Shown: positions 41,224 to 53,122 of the stretch, piece by piece
How positions within the stretch are numbered: the stretch's first letter is position 1
Layout: the number at the start of each line of letters is the position of its first letter
Origin: a virus
IMG/VR virus record: IMGVR_UViG_3300025000_001646
Span: 20,487 to 84,486 of that record
Length of the DNA: 64,000 nucleotides
Direction: 5' to 3' (one strand)
The notes under the pieces: model-generated
The model's database searches: none
What the model saw: the letters and a program-made list of their open reading frames with translations, nothing else
Told to the model about the DNA's origin: nothing
Translations under genes and position numbers: made by a program

Positions 41224-41757
41224 ATGAAATTTCTAACTCCTAAAAATAAACCAAAAGAAGTAAAAAGAATCAAACCAAATAGCAAGAATTATGTAATGAA
41301 TATTACTGGAGAAATAAGTGAAAATACCTTTGTAGATTGGAGATTTGCAGAAAAAGACAACGATTTAGTTTTCAATATAAATTCTTATGGTGGAGATTTA
41401 ACAACAGCAATGAATATATATGAAAGAATGAGAAAAGAAAAAAGAAAAAAAATATGCAAATCTTTTGGAGGAGTAGAGTCTGCCGCTATAAATATTTTTG
41501 TAGCAGGAGATGAAAGAATAGCAGGAATAAACGATGTTTTTATGATTCATAATGGAAAAGTAAATAACAAGACAATAGATGAATTACAATTTTTTATGGA
41601 TTATGCAAATAGATGTTCTGTAATAATAAGCAAAAGACTTTCTGACATAAGTATTAGACCTTTTGAGTTTTGGATGGACTTATTCACTAATGGAAAGAAT
41701 AACTACTTCACAGGACAGGAGATGTACGATTTAGGTGTAGTTACAGAGCTTATATAG
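41224..41757 (+). CDS. ClpP-like protease
   Basis: INSYGG, ESAA, FMIHN, YFTGQE..DLGVV. Confidence 0.75.
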   Translation: MKFLTPKNKPKEVKRIKPNSKNYVMNITGEISENTFVDWRFAEKDNDLVFNINSYGGDLTTAMNIYERMRKEKRKKICKSFGGVESAAINIFVAGDERIAGINDVFMIHNGKVNNKTIDELQFFMDYANRCSVIISKRLSDISIRPFEFWMDLFTNGKNNYFTGQEMYDLGVVTELI

Positions 41758-42081
41758 ACAAGAATAAAAATTATGACGTAATAAGAAGTTGGTAGTACAA
41801 AGTATTAAAACAGTATTTTTGCATTAATCAAGTTTTTTTTAATAAATATTAACTTTTTTTAATAAAATGAATAAATTTGAAACAATAAGATATAAAATAT
41901 ATTATTGTTTTTTAAAAAAATCAAGAATATGGACTTATTTTAGAGAAGAATTTTTAAATAATTTATTATTTGAATTAGAAAGATTTGACATTGATAAAGA
42001 AAGTATTATTAAAAAATATAAAGATGAATTAATTAAAATAAGAAAAATAAACAAAAATTTATAATATGATTTTTTAATAAA

Positions 42082-42390
42082 ATGACGAAAAAATCATTCA
42101 AAAATCTAATGGAAAAATTCATTGAGATTAAAGAAAATGTAGAAAATGTAAATAAAGCATTGAAAGTATTCGAGCCAGACTTTAATTACCTTTGCTTTAG
42201 TAAATACGAATATATATTTTTAGACGCTCTAAAAGAAGCTATGAATGATGAGTATGACTGGATTGATTATTTCATATACGAATTAAATTTCGGGAAAAAA
42301 GCTAAAAAAGATTCTGTTACAGAAAAAGGCAAGAATATTCCTATTAAGACAATAGACAACCTTTATAATTTAATCACTAAAAATAAATGA
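42082..42390 (+). CDS. Hypothetical protein
   Basis: DWIDYFIYELNFG; ATGA overlap with next gene. Confidence 0.6.
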   Translation: MTKKSFKNLMEKFIEIKENVENVNKALKVFEPDFNYLCFSKYEYIFLDALKEAMNDEYDWIDYFIYELNFGKKAKKDSVTEKGKNIPIKTIDNLYNLITKNK

Positions 42391-43091
42391 AAATAAAATT
42401 TGCTTCTCTGGTAATTCTTTCATTCAATCGTAGAAAGATGATGGAAAGATCACTTAATTCTTTATTCGCTAATACTACATTTCCCTATGAATTAATCGTT
42501 GTAGATGACGGTAGTCACGATGATGATACTGTAGACTACTTAATGAGACTTTATAGACTTGGAAAGATTTCAACTCTTATTCTTAATGGAGGAAAGAATA
42601 TGGGCGTAGGTGTAGGAATAAATAGAGGATTTGATATTGCTCACGGAGACATTGTCTTGAAATTAGATGCCGACCTTGAATATGCTCCTGGTTGGTTAGA
42701 GAAGACAGTTAAGATTATGGAGACATTTCCAGAAATAGGGGTAATGGGATTATTTAAATACTTCCACGAACCAGTAGACCATAGAAAAATGTTTATTAGA
42801 AGAGAAGAAAGAGACGGAGTAGCTGTAGAAGTACATCAAGATTTCGTTGGCAGTGCTATGGTAATTACTAAAGAACTTTACAATAAGAAAGGAAAGTTTG
42901 GAGAATTTAGTGCGGCTTTTGCTGAAGACACTATTTGGAAAATGGCAAGAAAATCAGAAGGCTACTGGTTAGCTCTTCCAGAAGAAGACTTGGTTTATAA
43001 CTTTGGCTTTGGTAGGATTACTTCAATTCTAGTTAATAACGATGGTACTGTTAGGGACATCGCTCAAGAACCTTTAATCTTTAATAAATAA
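42387..43091 (+). CDS. Glycosyltransferase family 2 (TGA-free)
   Basis: VILSFNR, IVVDDGS, NMGVGVGINRG, LDAD, AED. Confidence 0.85.
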   Translation: MKIKFASLVILSFNRRKMMERSLNSLFANTTFPYELIVVDDGSHDDDTVDYLMRLYRLGKISTLILNGGKNMGVGVGINRGFDIAHGDIVLKLDADLEYAPGWLEKTVKIMETFPEIGVMGLFKYFHEPVDHRKMFIRREERDGVAVEVHQDFVGSAMVITKELYNKKGKFGEFSAAFAEDTIWKMARKSEGYWLALPEEDLVYNFGFGRITSILVNNDGTVRDIAQEPLIFNK

Positions 43092-43398
43092 ATTATGTTA
43101 TATTATAATTTCGTTTTAATCGGTTGTGAAAACATAATAGAGATTGATATTTATAACTTTTTAAAAGAAAATAATTTTGAAGTTGTTAAAACAAAATTTG
43201 AAAGTACAATGGAAGAAAATAAACAAAACTATTTTATAGAATTTAAAGGAGAAAATGCTATACGAGAAAATTTCAAAAATTTAAAAACTAACGCAAGATT
43301 TATTATGGATTTTGAAGGTAAGGTAGAGGAAGAAGAAAAAGAAGGATGGATTATTAAAGGTCAAAAAATGTTATTCAGAGAATTAATTAATCAATAAT

Positions 43399-43830
43399 AT
43401 GAGAATTGCAGTAATATGAGCATTTTCTACTTGAAAAACTACTTATGTTGAAAACTATAAAGGAAAAGAATTAAAAGCTATTAATCTTGAAAGATGATTT
43501 AATTCTCAAGAAGAAATATTTAATAATCAAATAAAGTTTGAAAAAGAACATAAAGACTTTATTACAGACAATTGATTATTTACAATACTGGCATACACCA
43601 AGAAATTTAGACCAGAATTATTTGAAGAACAATTAAGAGAAACTAAAGAATATTTAAAAAATAATCCTTATGACAAAATAATTCTATTAGAACCTTTGAA
43701 TAAAATAGAAGATGATTGATTTAGATTTACAGACAAAGAGTTACAGTTAGAAATACATAATATAATATTAAATATACTTAATGAAAATATGGTTTGCTAC
43801 AGATCGTTCAACAGGTTGTTATTATGTTAG
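43399..43830 (+). CDS. P-loop AAA (NadR-like) kinase-family protein (TGA=Gly)
   Basis: MRIAVI(tga)AFST(tga)KTT Walker A; IEDD(tga)FR. Confidence 0.75.
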
Positions 43831-44938
43831 AGAAAAGATTATTGAAAAATATATTAATAGAGAATGAATACACGAAGTTAGAATAGACGACCAAATAAGT
43901 TTTAAGATTAACGACAATAAAGAGATTATAGATGTTATGGCTGATAGTCTTGATTGGTGTGATGTAATGGTATTAGCAAGAACTTATAAACCTCTACAAG
44001 ACAAATCAATAAAGAGTAGGCATAAAATACCTATTCTTCTTTTAAGAAAGGCTAAAGAACTTTGAAAGAAAGTAGTCTATGAAATTGATGATGATTTTAA
44101 AACGCTCTTTGAAGGCAAGGCTCTTCACAATATGTCATCAGTAGAAATTTATAATCGCTGGGACAAGAAAGAACAGATTGATTGCTTTTATAACGAATCT
44201 GATTTAATCACTACCACTACAGAAGAACTTAGACAAAAACTTATTCCAGAAAAAACAGTCGTCTTGCCTAACTGTATTGACTTTGAAGAGTATGGAGATT
44301 TTAATTTCAATAAGAGATGAGACAAAATTAAAATACTAGTGTCTGGCGGGATTACACACCTAAGAGATTGGCAGATTATTTTAGACCCGCTCAAACAACT
44401 TTCTAAAGAATTTCCTATTGAGATTATATTTTATGGTATAGACAGTAATGTTTTGGCTACTACTTTCAAAGATTATTTCCAGAAAATGGACAGAAACAAT
44501 CCTCTTAATCAATGGATGTTTTCTCTTTTTGACTTCATAAATAAGTCTCAAGAGCTGGGCAATATTACCTTTGTGAATTGGGTAGAAGTTAAAGACTACC
44601 AAAAAACACTCAAGTCTTTAGGAGCGAACATAGGACTCATACCATTAGAGGGAACAGAATTTGATGAGAGTAAATCTGACATTAAGTTTAGAGAATACTC
44701 TGCCTGTTCTATTCCAGTTATAGCCAGCAAGGTTATTCCATACTCTAATAATATTACAGAAGAGACAGGAATACTTTGCAAGAATAAGTTTTTTAACTGG
44801 TATAATGCTATTAAGAAACTTATAGAGAATGAAGACTTGGCTAAAAGACTTGCTCTTAATGCTTATAATGACACGCTTAAAAATAGAGACATAAGCAAAA
44901 ATTATAAGCATTGGATTGATGCCTATAAGAATTTATAA
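43781..44938 (+). CDS. Glycosyltransferase (GT-B fold) (TGA=Gly)
   Basis: TGCYYVR, VYEIDDD, VLPNCID, GGITHLRD, SKSDIKFREYS; joins ORFs 44132 and 44339. Confidence 0.8.
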
Positions 44939-45255
44939 ACATCTTCGTTTTTTATTCTGACTACTTTTAATCCCTTAGAATATAAATAAAGGTCTTTTTG
45001 ATGGTCTTTTATTCTTTGGCTTGGTTTATTATGATAACCTCAATCTATTTCTATACAAGTCTTTTGATTAGGTAAATAGAAGTCAACAATACAATGGAAG
45101 TGGTCTTTAATAAATGATTTCTGAAATATATATTTTATTCTTTTCTTGTCTAACATATTTTTAAATAGAAGCTCTGATTTAGTAGCTTTTCTTATTAATT
45201 TTCTCCTGTATTTTTTATTTAGCTTTTGTTTTTGTTTTTTAGTTAGATTATACAT
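44923..45255 (-). CDS. DUF559 / very-short-patch-type endonuclease (TGA=Gly)
   Basis: TKSE, IVDFY, IEID(tga)GYH, VVRIKN. Confidence 0.8.
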
Positions 45256-45308
45256 AAGAAAGTAATGTTTTCTTTTATTATACACAAAGATTTTAAGTTT
45301 TAAAATAC

Positions 45309-45338
45309 TTGTCTTTAATTAGATTAAAAGTGTATAAT
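45309..45338 (+). promoter_or_regulatory. Promoter of head-tail genes
   Basis: TTGTCT-18bp-TATAAT. Confidence 0.55.
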
Positions 45339-45363
45339 AGATATAGATAACCTTATAAAAAAA

Positions 45364-46296
45364 ATGATTGAGTTATTTTTACCAAATCCAATAATATATA
45401 GAGAGCAAGAGACAAAACTAAGTGCAGATTCGACTGTTTGAGCTACAACTTTGAGCGTAGATGATGCTACTTGATTTAGTGTAAATGATTATTTAGTAGT
45501 TTGAAATTATTGAATAGACAAGGCAGAGCTTACTAAGATTTCTTGAATACCTACTCCAACAAGTCTAGCAATCAGTGCATTAAGTTTTGCTCACAATAAA
45601 TATGACACTATAAAAAGAATTGCTTGGAACCAAATACAACTCTATTCAAGTGCTACTAAGACTGGCACTTATTCTTTATTGACCACGCTTAATATTAAGC
45701 CAGATTCAACAGTAGTTAAATATGAGCATAGTGCTTGAGCTTCAACAACTTATTATAAATGGAGATATTACAACAGCACTACATTAGACAGCTCTGAATA
45801 TTCTAATCCAGTCAATGAAGCCGCTCACTATTGCTCAATAGACAATATTAGAGAACAGGCTTGATTCAGAAATGCTGAATGAATAGAGGACAATATAATT
45901 CGAAATTACAGAATACAAGCCGAAGGAATAGTAAATGGCTATATAACAGGCTATTACACGCTTCCTCTTTCTAGTATTCCAGACATTATAGTTTTAATTA
46001 CTAAACTATTGGCCGCTGGTTATTTACTTATTGCTGAATATGGAACGCAAATTTCAGAAGACATAAGCAAATATGGAAAGAATATGATTGACCAAGCTAT
46101 GTGAATGCTTAATATGATACAAAAATGAACTCTAAAACTTATAGACACTGATTGAGCGGAATTATGAAGAGGAACTGTTTTAACTCCTAGTGGAAATAAT
46201 TACCCTTATGATTCTAGTTTGGCTGATAGTGGCGAGCTTTTCAATCTTTCCAACGAAACTTTCAAATTCAAAGACCCCTCATTTCCAACTTCTTAA
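45364..46296 (+). CDS. Head-tail adaptor (Mu gp36-like C-domain) with N-terminal extension (TGA=Gly)
   Basis: YCSIDNIR...NGYITGYYTLPLSSIP...LAA; position before tail genes. Confidence 0.65.
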
Positions 46297-46308
46297 TCTT
46301 TCTACAAT

Positions 46309-46767
46309 ATGGCAGAAGGATTTAAACTTTCTTTTTCGGTAGAATGAGAAAAACAAGCAAGTAGAATTTTAAATTGAATGGTAAGTAAGTTAAAAGATAT
46401 GTCACCAATCTTTAAAGAAGTTTCAGAAACTCTTGATGAATGAGTAAAGAAAAACTTCTCTAGCGAAGGTAAAGAATTTGAAGTTACTTGGGATCCACTT
46501 TCTCCAAATACTATAAGACAAAAAGCAAAGCTATGATATTGAAGTAAGCAAATATTGGAAAGAACAGGAGCTTTGAGAAATGCTTTTCATGCTAAATATG
46601 GAAAAGATTTTGCAGAAGTTTATAATGATAGTCCTTATTTCGCTTACCATCAATCAAATCAAGCTAGAAAAATAATCCCTAGAAGAATAATGTTTAAATT
46701 AACCAATCAATATATTTCAACTATTGTTAAAATATTCCAAAAATACTTAACTTTTACAGATAGATAA
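46309..46767 (+). CDS. Virion morphogenesis / tail completion protein (TGA=Gly)
   Basis: NFSSEG..W.PLSPNT...ILERTGALR, YFAYHQ, PRR. Confidence 0.75.
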
Positions 46768-47234
46768 TGACAGAAAACCTTGAAAAAATCAGAGACATAT
46801 TAAGAAGCTCTATAACAAGTGTAAAGAATTATTACATTGGTGACCCAGTATTAATTCCAGCTTCTTACTTGCCTTGTATAACAATAGACCAAGTCTCAAC
46901 AGCCGTAAAAACGCTTGACAGTGCTAGGGATATTTACACGACTAATGTTCAGCTTTCTTATATTATGGATATTAGGTCTGACTTCAATAAGAGACCAGAC
47001 GAAGTAATAGGCACGACTACCCTTAGAGAAGTTATGGAGGGCAGAGACGCTAGTGGAGATTTAAAAACTAATTCTATTGTTTATTTACTTACCAAGAATT
47101 GGGATTTAGGCAGTGATTGGAAGATTAACAACGAATACAATATAAATTATGCAGAGAAAGCTAGATGAGAACAACTAATAACTAGAGAAGCAATCCTAAC
47201 TTTTTCAATTTATAAAGCACAACTTAGGGGATAA
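46767..47234 (+). CDS. Putative tail terminator (1 TGA)
   Basis: Synteny; LPCITID. Confidence 0.55.
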
Positions 47235-47236
47235 TC

Positions 47237-47266
47237 TTGTCATAAACAAGATAAAAAGCGTATAAT
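47237..47266 (+). promoter_or_regulatory. Promoter upstream of tail tube
   Basis: TTGTCA-18bp-TATAAT. Confidence 0.6.
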
Positions 47267-47495
47267 ACTTATAGATAACTTTACAAATTCTATGAAAAAA
47301 AATACAGAAGTAATAGAAAGAAATACTATTACAATTCACAATTTATATCACAAACCTATGAGCTTAGTAACTATTAAATGAGACTTTCCTTTACAGGTTT
47401 GAGCAAATGAAGTTCCTAAAGATATAGCTGAACTTATCGAAGAAAATCGCTATATTAAAAAAGAATATATTTTTATAAAATAATTTTAAAAAACT

Positions 47496-48464
47496 ATGTC
47501 ACAACATATTGGAAGAGAACAGTGGATAGGGGTTGGTCTTGAAGATAGTGCTGGTTCTGGTGGAAGTATAGACAAATACATTCCTCTGGTTTCTGGCTCT
47601 TTTATGACAATGACCGATATTCTTCCAGACGAAGCTGCTCGTGGTATTCGCCATAAAGTAGGTTGAGCTGTATTAGCAAGAACTCGTGGAGAAGGTAGTG
47701 TAGAAATGCAATTAGACGTTGAAAACTCTCCTTATTTCTTATACCCAGTAATGGGAAGTATTTCTTCAATTACTAAGGCTGGAGAAACGGCAGTTTATAC
47801 TCACACAATTTCAAGAGAAAATACAGCTACTCCAAAAACTTTGGTAGCAAAAAGAGGTGAAGGTGTAGATGTTAGAGAATACGCTAATATTGTAGTTTCT
47901 TCTGCTAATCTTACAGTTTCAGACTGATTTGTTGGATTGTCTTGTGATTTACTTTCTAAAGCTGGTACATCAGAGACAGGTTCTCCAACTTATACCACCG
48001 AAACTTTACTTTCTCTAAAAGATTGTAGTATTCAATTAGGAACTGATTTAACTGCTGCTGCATTAGCTGCCGCTACTAAGGTAACAGAATTAGAACTTAA
48101 TATAGTAAACAACGCAGAAGCTCACTATATGAGTGGGTCAAGTGATGTAGATACTATTACTTATGGAACTCAAGAAATTACTGGTAGTTTTGTAAAACTT
48201 TTTGAAAGTACAACTGAAAGAGCTGCTTATGAAGCATTGACAAAAAGAGCAATGATCATTACAATTACTGGAGAATCTATTGGTAATTCTTCAACAGAAA
48301 CAATTCAAATAAATATTGCTAAAATGCACCTTTCTGGACATCCAATTGAAATGGGATTAGATGACATTATGGCAGAGACTTCAGAATTTACTTGTGAATA
48401 TGACCCTACAACTGCTAAAGATGTTCAAATAGTAATTACCAATCAAACTTCTTCTTACGCTTAG
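47496..48464 (+). CDS. Major tail tube protein (2 TGA)
   Basis: GREQWIGVGLE, YTHTI, ELNIVNN, IVITNQTSSY; joins ORFs 47706 and 47937. Confidence 0.75.
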
Positions 48465-48483
48465 TATTTAATTTTAAAAATAT

Positions 48484-48771
48484 ATGAAAAAAATAATTCT
48501 TCCAGTATCACAAAAAGAAATTGAATTAGATTATAATTATTGAATGGAATTAGAAATTCAAGATATTTTATTTGAAAATCAAGAAGTTAATGAAAATTGA
48601 AGTTTTAAGGTTCAATGAAAATCTTTAAGTTTATTGTCAAAAAAACTTTTAGAATTAATTCCTCAAAAAATTTCTATGGAAGAAATTAAAAAACTTTGAG
48701 CAGAAGATTGAAGATTTCTAATGGAAGAATGTGCTTCTTATTATAAAGATCTTTCTCAAAAAAAAAATTAG
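48484..48771 (+). CDS. Tail assembly chaperone (TGA=Gly) with -1 frameshift extension to 48941
   Basis: Between tube and tape measure; A10 slippery run 48758-48767 before TAG; -1 frame open to TAA 48939-48941. Confidence 0.7.
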
Positions 48772-48930
48772 AAAAACAAATTTTTAAAGCTCTAATTTCC
48801 AAGTCTAAAAGACCTCCATCTATTTGCAATGAGAAGAATCTTCTTGAGAAATATTGAGAGGTAATATACAGATTACCACCATGGAAGATTAGAGCTTTTA
48901 TTTTAATAGATAACACTTTACAACAAATAA

Positions 48931-50547
48931 ATGGCTGATAAAGACCTAACATTAAGAATAAATGCAGAAGATAATGCAACAGAAGTTTTAAATAAAACAA
49001 GAAAATGAGTAGATTGAATTGTTAAAGCTGGAAAAATTTTGGCTGCATCTTGGGCAGCAAAAAAAGTTTTTGAATGAACTATTTGAGTAGCAATGGATTT
49101 TGAAAAACAAATGAAAAATGTGTCTACTATGATGGATTTAACAACAGAGGCTTGAAAAAAAACATTTGATTCAGTAAGAAGTTGATTATTAGATATTGCT
49201 CAAAATGTACCAATATCTATTGATTCTTTAAGTGACTCTCTTTATAATATGGTATCTTCTTGATACCAGTGAAAAGAAGCACTAGAAATGGTTAATACTG
49301 CTGCAAAATTAGCAACAGCTGGAGCAACAGATGCTTGAACAGCAGCTTATGCCTTAACGGCTTTTATAAAAGGTTATTGAGACGCTTCTGTTTCAGCTAA
49401 AGAAGCTGCTGATTTATTATATAATACCAATGTTTATGGTATTACTACTTTTGAAGAATTGGCAGTTAGTATTTCTGGTGCAGTTCCTTCTGCGAATATG
49501 TTATGAGTTAGTCAATTAGAATTAGCAGCTACTACTGCTACTTTAGTAGGAAAAACTGGTAATGCTGCAGAAGTTTCAACTCAATTAATGTGAGCTTTTA
49601 ATGCTATGTTAAAACCAAATAAAGCATTAATATCATTAATTCAAAGTCTATGATATGAAAGTGCAGAAGCAATGATAAAGGCAAATTGATTAAAATGAAC
49701 ATTGGATTTATTAAAAGAATGAGCCAATAAATCTAATGTAGAATTAAAGGACATTACTTCTAATGTTAGGGCTGCAAATTGATTAATACCATTAATGACA
49801 ACACTTTCTTGAGATCTTACTAATAATTTAAACAATATGTGAAACGCTTCTTGAATAGTAGATGAAGCATTTAAAAAGCAAATGGAGGCAAGTAGTAATT
49901 TATGGGATGTAACAAAAAATAGATTAGCTGTTGCTGGAATAGAATTATGAACATTGGTATTGCCTTTATTATCAATGGCGATACAAGCATTAAATTTTAT
50001 TATACAAAATTGAATAAAAATGTTTTCTGAATTTTGGGATACAACAAAAAAAATATGAGAATGGTTATTAAAATCATTTTTATGAATTTGGGAAACTATT
50101 AAAAATGCTGTTTCAGACGCATTTACATATATTTATAATCAGATAAAAGATTCTCCGATAGTTTCTTTTATTCAATGAATAATTGAAAAAGTTCAATGAT
50201 TATTGGAAAAAATATGATTAGCAAAAAAACAATCTCAAGAACTTTGAGAAGTTTGAATTTGAAATTATAGTAGCAAACAAACAAGTATTTCTATGCCAAA
50301 AAAGAGAGCTATTGGTTGACCTGTCTCTTCTGGAAGTCAATATTTAGTAGGAGAAAGATGACCAGAGCTTTTTACTCCTTCTACTTCTGGAATGATTACT
50401 CCAAACAATCAACTTTGAGGCGGTGGAGTAGTAATTAATCTTAACAATCCAGTAGTAAGAGATGAATGAGACATTGACGCTTTCACAAATAAAATTATAA
50501 AAGCTCTTAGATGAGTAAATTTAAACAATAAACTTTCTTCATTCTAG
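48931..50547 (+). CDS. Tape measure protein, TP901-like (many TGA=Gly)
   Basis: DFEKQMKNVST, AAKLATAG, RAIG(tga)PVSSGSQYLVGER(tga)PELFTP. Confidence 0.85.
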
Positions 50548-52490
50548 TGATTACTTATACTATATGATGACAAGATTTAAGTGACGAGGTAGTTAGAGGC
50601 TCGCTTAAAATATTAGAAAAGGCGACAGATTCTGTAAACATCTGTCGTTTTGATATGTTGGTAAATTGAACGACTGGAAATAAACCGCTTAGATGACAAA
50701 AGGTTCTTGTAGTAAGTGATTGATCAAAGATTTTTAATGGATTTATTGAGATGACTACTGAATGAGAATTGACTAAATGAGATTGGCTTCAATACGAGGT
50801 TGAGTGTATAGATTACACCAAAGCAATGCAACACAGATTAGTCGTTGAATCTTTCACAGGACAAACAGTCAAGACAATAGTAGATACTCTAATTAACGAT
50901 TACATAGGCACTGGCTTTGGAATTACTACTACAAATGTAGTTACTTGACCGACTATTGACTCAATTCAATTCAATTATTTAACAGTCCAGAGATGTCTCC
51001 AAAAAATAGCTCAAAATGCTCAAATGGAATGGTATATAGACTACGAAAAAGATGTGCACATGTTTAATCGAAGCGATGAGTCAGCTCCAGAATCTTTGAC
51101 AGACTCTTCTGATAACTTTTATAATCTTACCCTTGAAGTAGATACTTCACAGCTTAGAAATTCGGTAGTAGTTAGATGATCAACTTACCCTTCAAATAAT
51201 TTCTCTCAAACAATTAAGGCAGATGGTACAGCTCGGGAATGGTTACTTGCAAGAAAGCCTAAAGCTTGGGTAAGTTTAACTGTTGATTGAGTTTATAAAG
51301 ATGTTGGTGTAGACCCTCTTATGGAAGAAACGGCTGATGTCGTTATAGACAGAGTTTATTCAGAAGAATCTGGAAGCCTAGTAGACAGAACGACATTGTT
51401 TAAAAGAGAATGATGAAGTTGTACTTTTTTTTCGGCTGATGATGATTATATATATATAGGGGCTAGAAATAGCTGGAATACTATGGTTTGGGATTTTGCT
51501 ACTCCCGCCAGTGCAGATGTTGTTATGGAAATACAATATTCAAGTCTTACTGAATGACAATGGAATAATTTAGTAGTATTTACAGATTGAACAAATTGAA
51601 TGACACAAGATTGAACGCTTACTTTTATTCGACCAGAGGATTGGGGAAAGGGTAGTCAAATAGATGCCACTACTGAAATTGATCCAGCTAATACAACGAA
51701 TTATTACTATTTAAGAATAAAAAGAACAGCTAATATTTTGGTAACAGCTCCTGCCATAGCAGAACTTCTTATGGACAGGATTTTCGAGTATATGTTTAAC
51801 TTTCAAGAAAAATTTGTTAGATGTTCGGCGGCTACAACAACGCCAATTGCTTGAATATTACTCGTTCCTACTTATAGATACGAAGTGCCTATTATAGCTA
51901 AATCTCAAAACAATCAATCTATTGAAGCTATGAAGGCAATAGAGTGATGAGACGGTCTCTATGAACATATTATAGTAGATGAGAGTATTACCACTAAAGA
52001 CGAAGCAAAGGCGAGGGCGGCGGCTGAAATAGCTGATTATGCCAATCCTATTGTCAATGGTAACTTTCAAACAAGAACAGGATTACTTCAATCTGGAAGC
52101 AAATTCGTTCCTTGACAGATTTTAACTATAAGTCTTAATTCAAGAGGGCTTACTGGCGACTACAATATACAAGAGATGACTACTACCACGGCTGATGAAA
52201 GCGAATTTTATTACGATATTCGTTTCGGCGGTAGGCTTTTAAATGTCTTCAATTATTTTTTGAATAACATAAGCAAGGAAATAGTAATGAAAGAAAATGA
52301 AGAGTTATTGTCTATTGAAGTTGTAGACGAGACTGTAACTATTACCGAGACTATAACAAAAGCTACTCCAGAGACAGTAATAGAAAGTGTTTTAATCACT
52401 GAAAATGCTAGTGCCTCTACTTTTACGCCTCCTTATACTTGGTGAGATGATGCTGACGAGGGTAGATGGGGGATTTTCGAGTGGTCTTAA
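50547..52490 (+). CDS. Tail tip/hub protein (TGA=Gly)
   Basis: About 647 codons open with TGA; CIDYTK, WYIDYEKDVH, LRNSVVVR. Confidence 0.7.
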
Positions 52491-52544
52491 TCTTGTTGTT
52501 TACAAGCCTTTTAATGTATAATATTAATATAATCTTATAAATAA

Positions 52545-53105
52545 ATGGAAAATATAACAGAAAATGTCGGGATTAAATGAATACAAATTTTCTCTTGATA
52601 TGACATTACTAAACCTAATGCTCAAGAAATTGAAAACGAAATTATAGAAGCTAAAAAAGAAAAAATAGAATGGAGTGATTGGAAAAGTATAATCAGTAAA
52701 TTCGCTGATTGTTGCAAAACAAGAGAAATAGAATACCATAATCTAATCACGACTGTTGGCAGGTCGGTTATAGCTCAAAGATTAGTCGGCACTAATACCT
52801 ATACCCTTAATCTTGATTATGGAGCTTTGGGAACAGGCACGACTGCTCCCGCTAATGCTGATACTATTCTTGAGACAGAGCAATACAGAAATACAGTAGC
52901 TTCTCAAACTAATTCAAATAATATAGCTTACCTTACTTGGTTTTATTCTTCTACTGAAACTAATGGTAACTTTAGAGAATTTGGAAATGTTATTGACGGT
53001 TGAGCAGGAGCAAACACAGGGCAATTATTTACACACGTAGCCGTTGCTTGGAACAAGAGTGCTTTGGAATCGCTTACCGTAGATTGTTCCTATGAAATTT
53101 TATAA
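52545..53105 (+). CDS. Tail/baseplate-associated protein (TGA=Gly)
   Basis: HNLITTVGRS, YGALGTGTTAP..ADTILETE, FREFG. Confidence 0.65.
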
Positions 53106-53122
53106 TATAATATATTTAAAAT

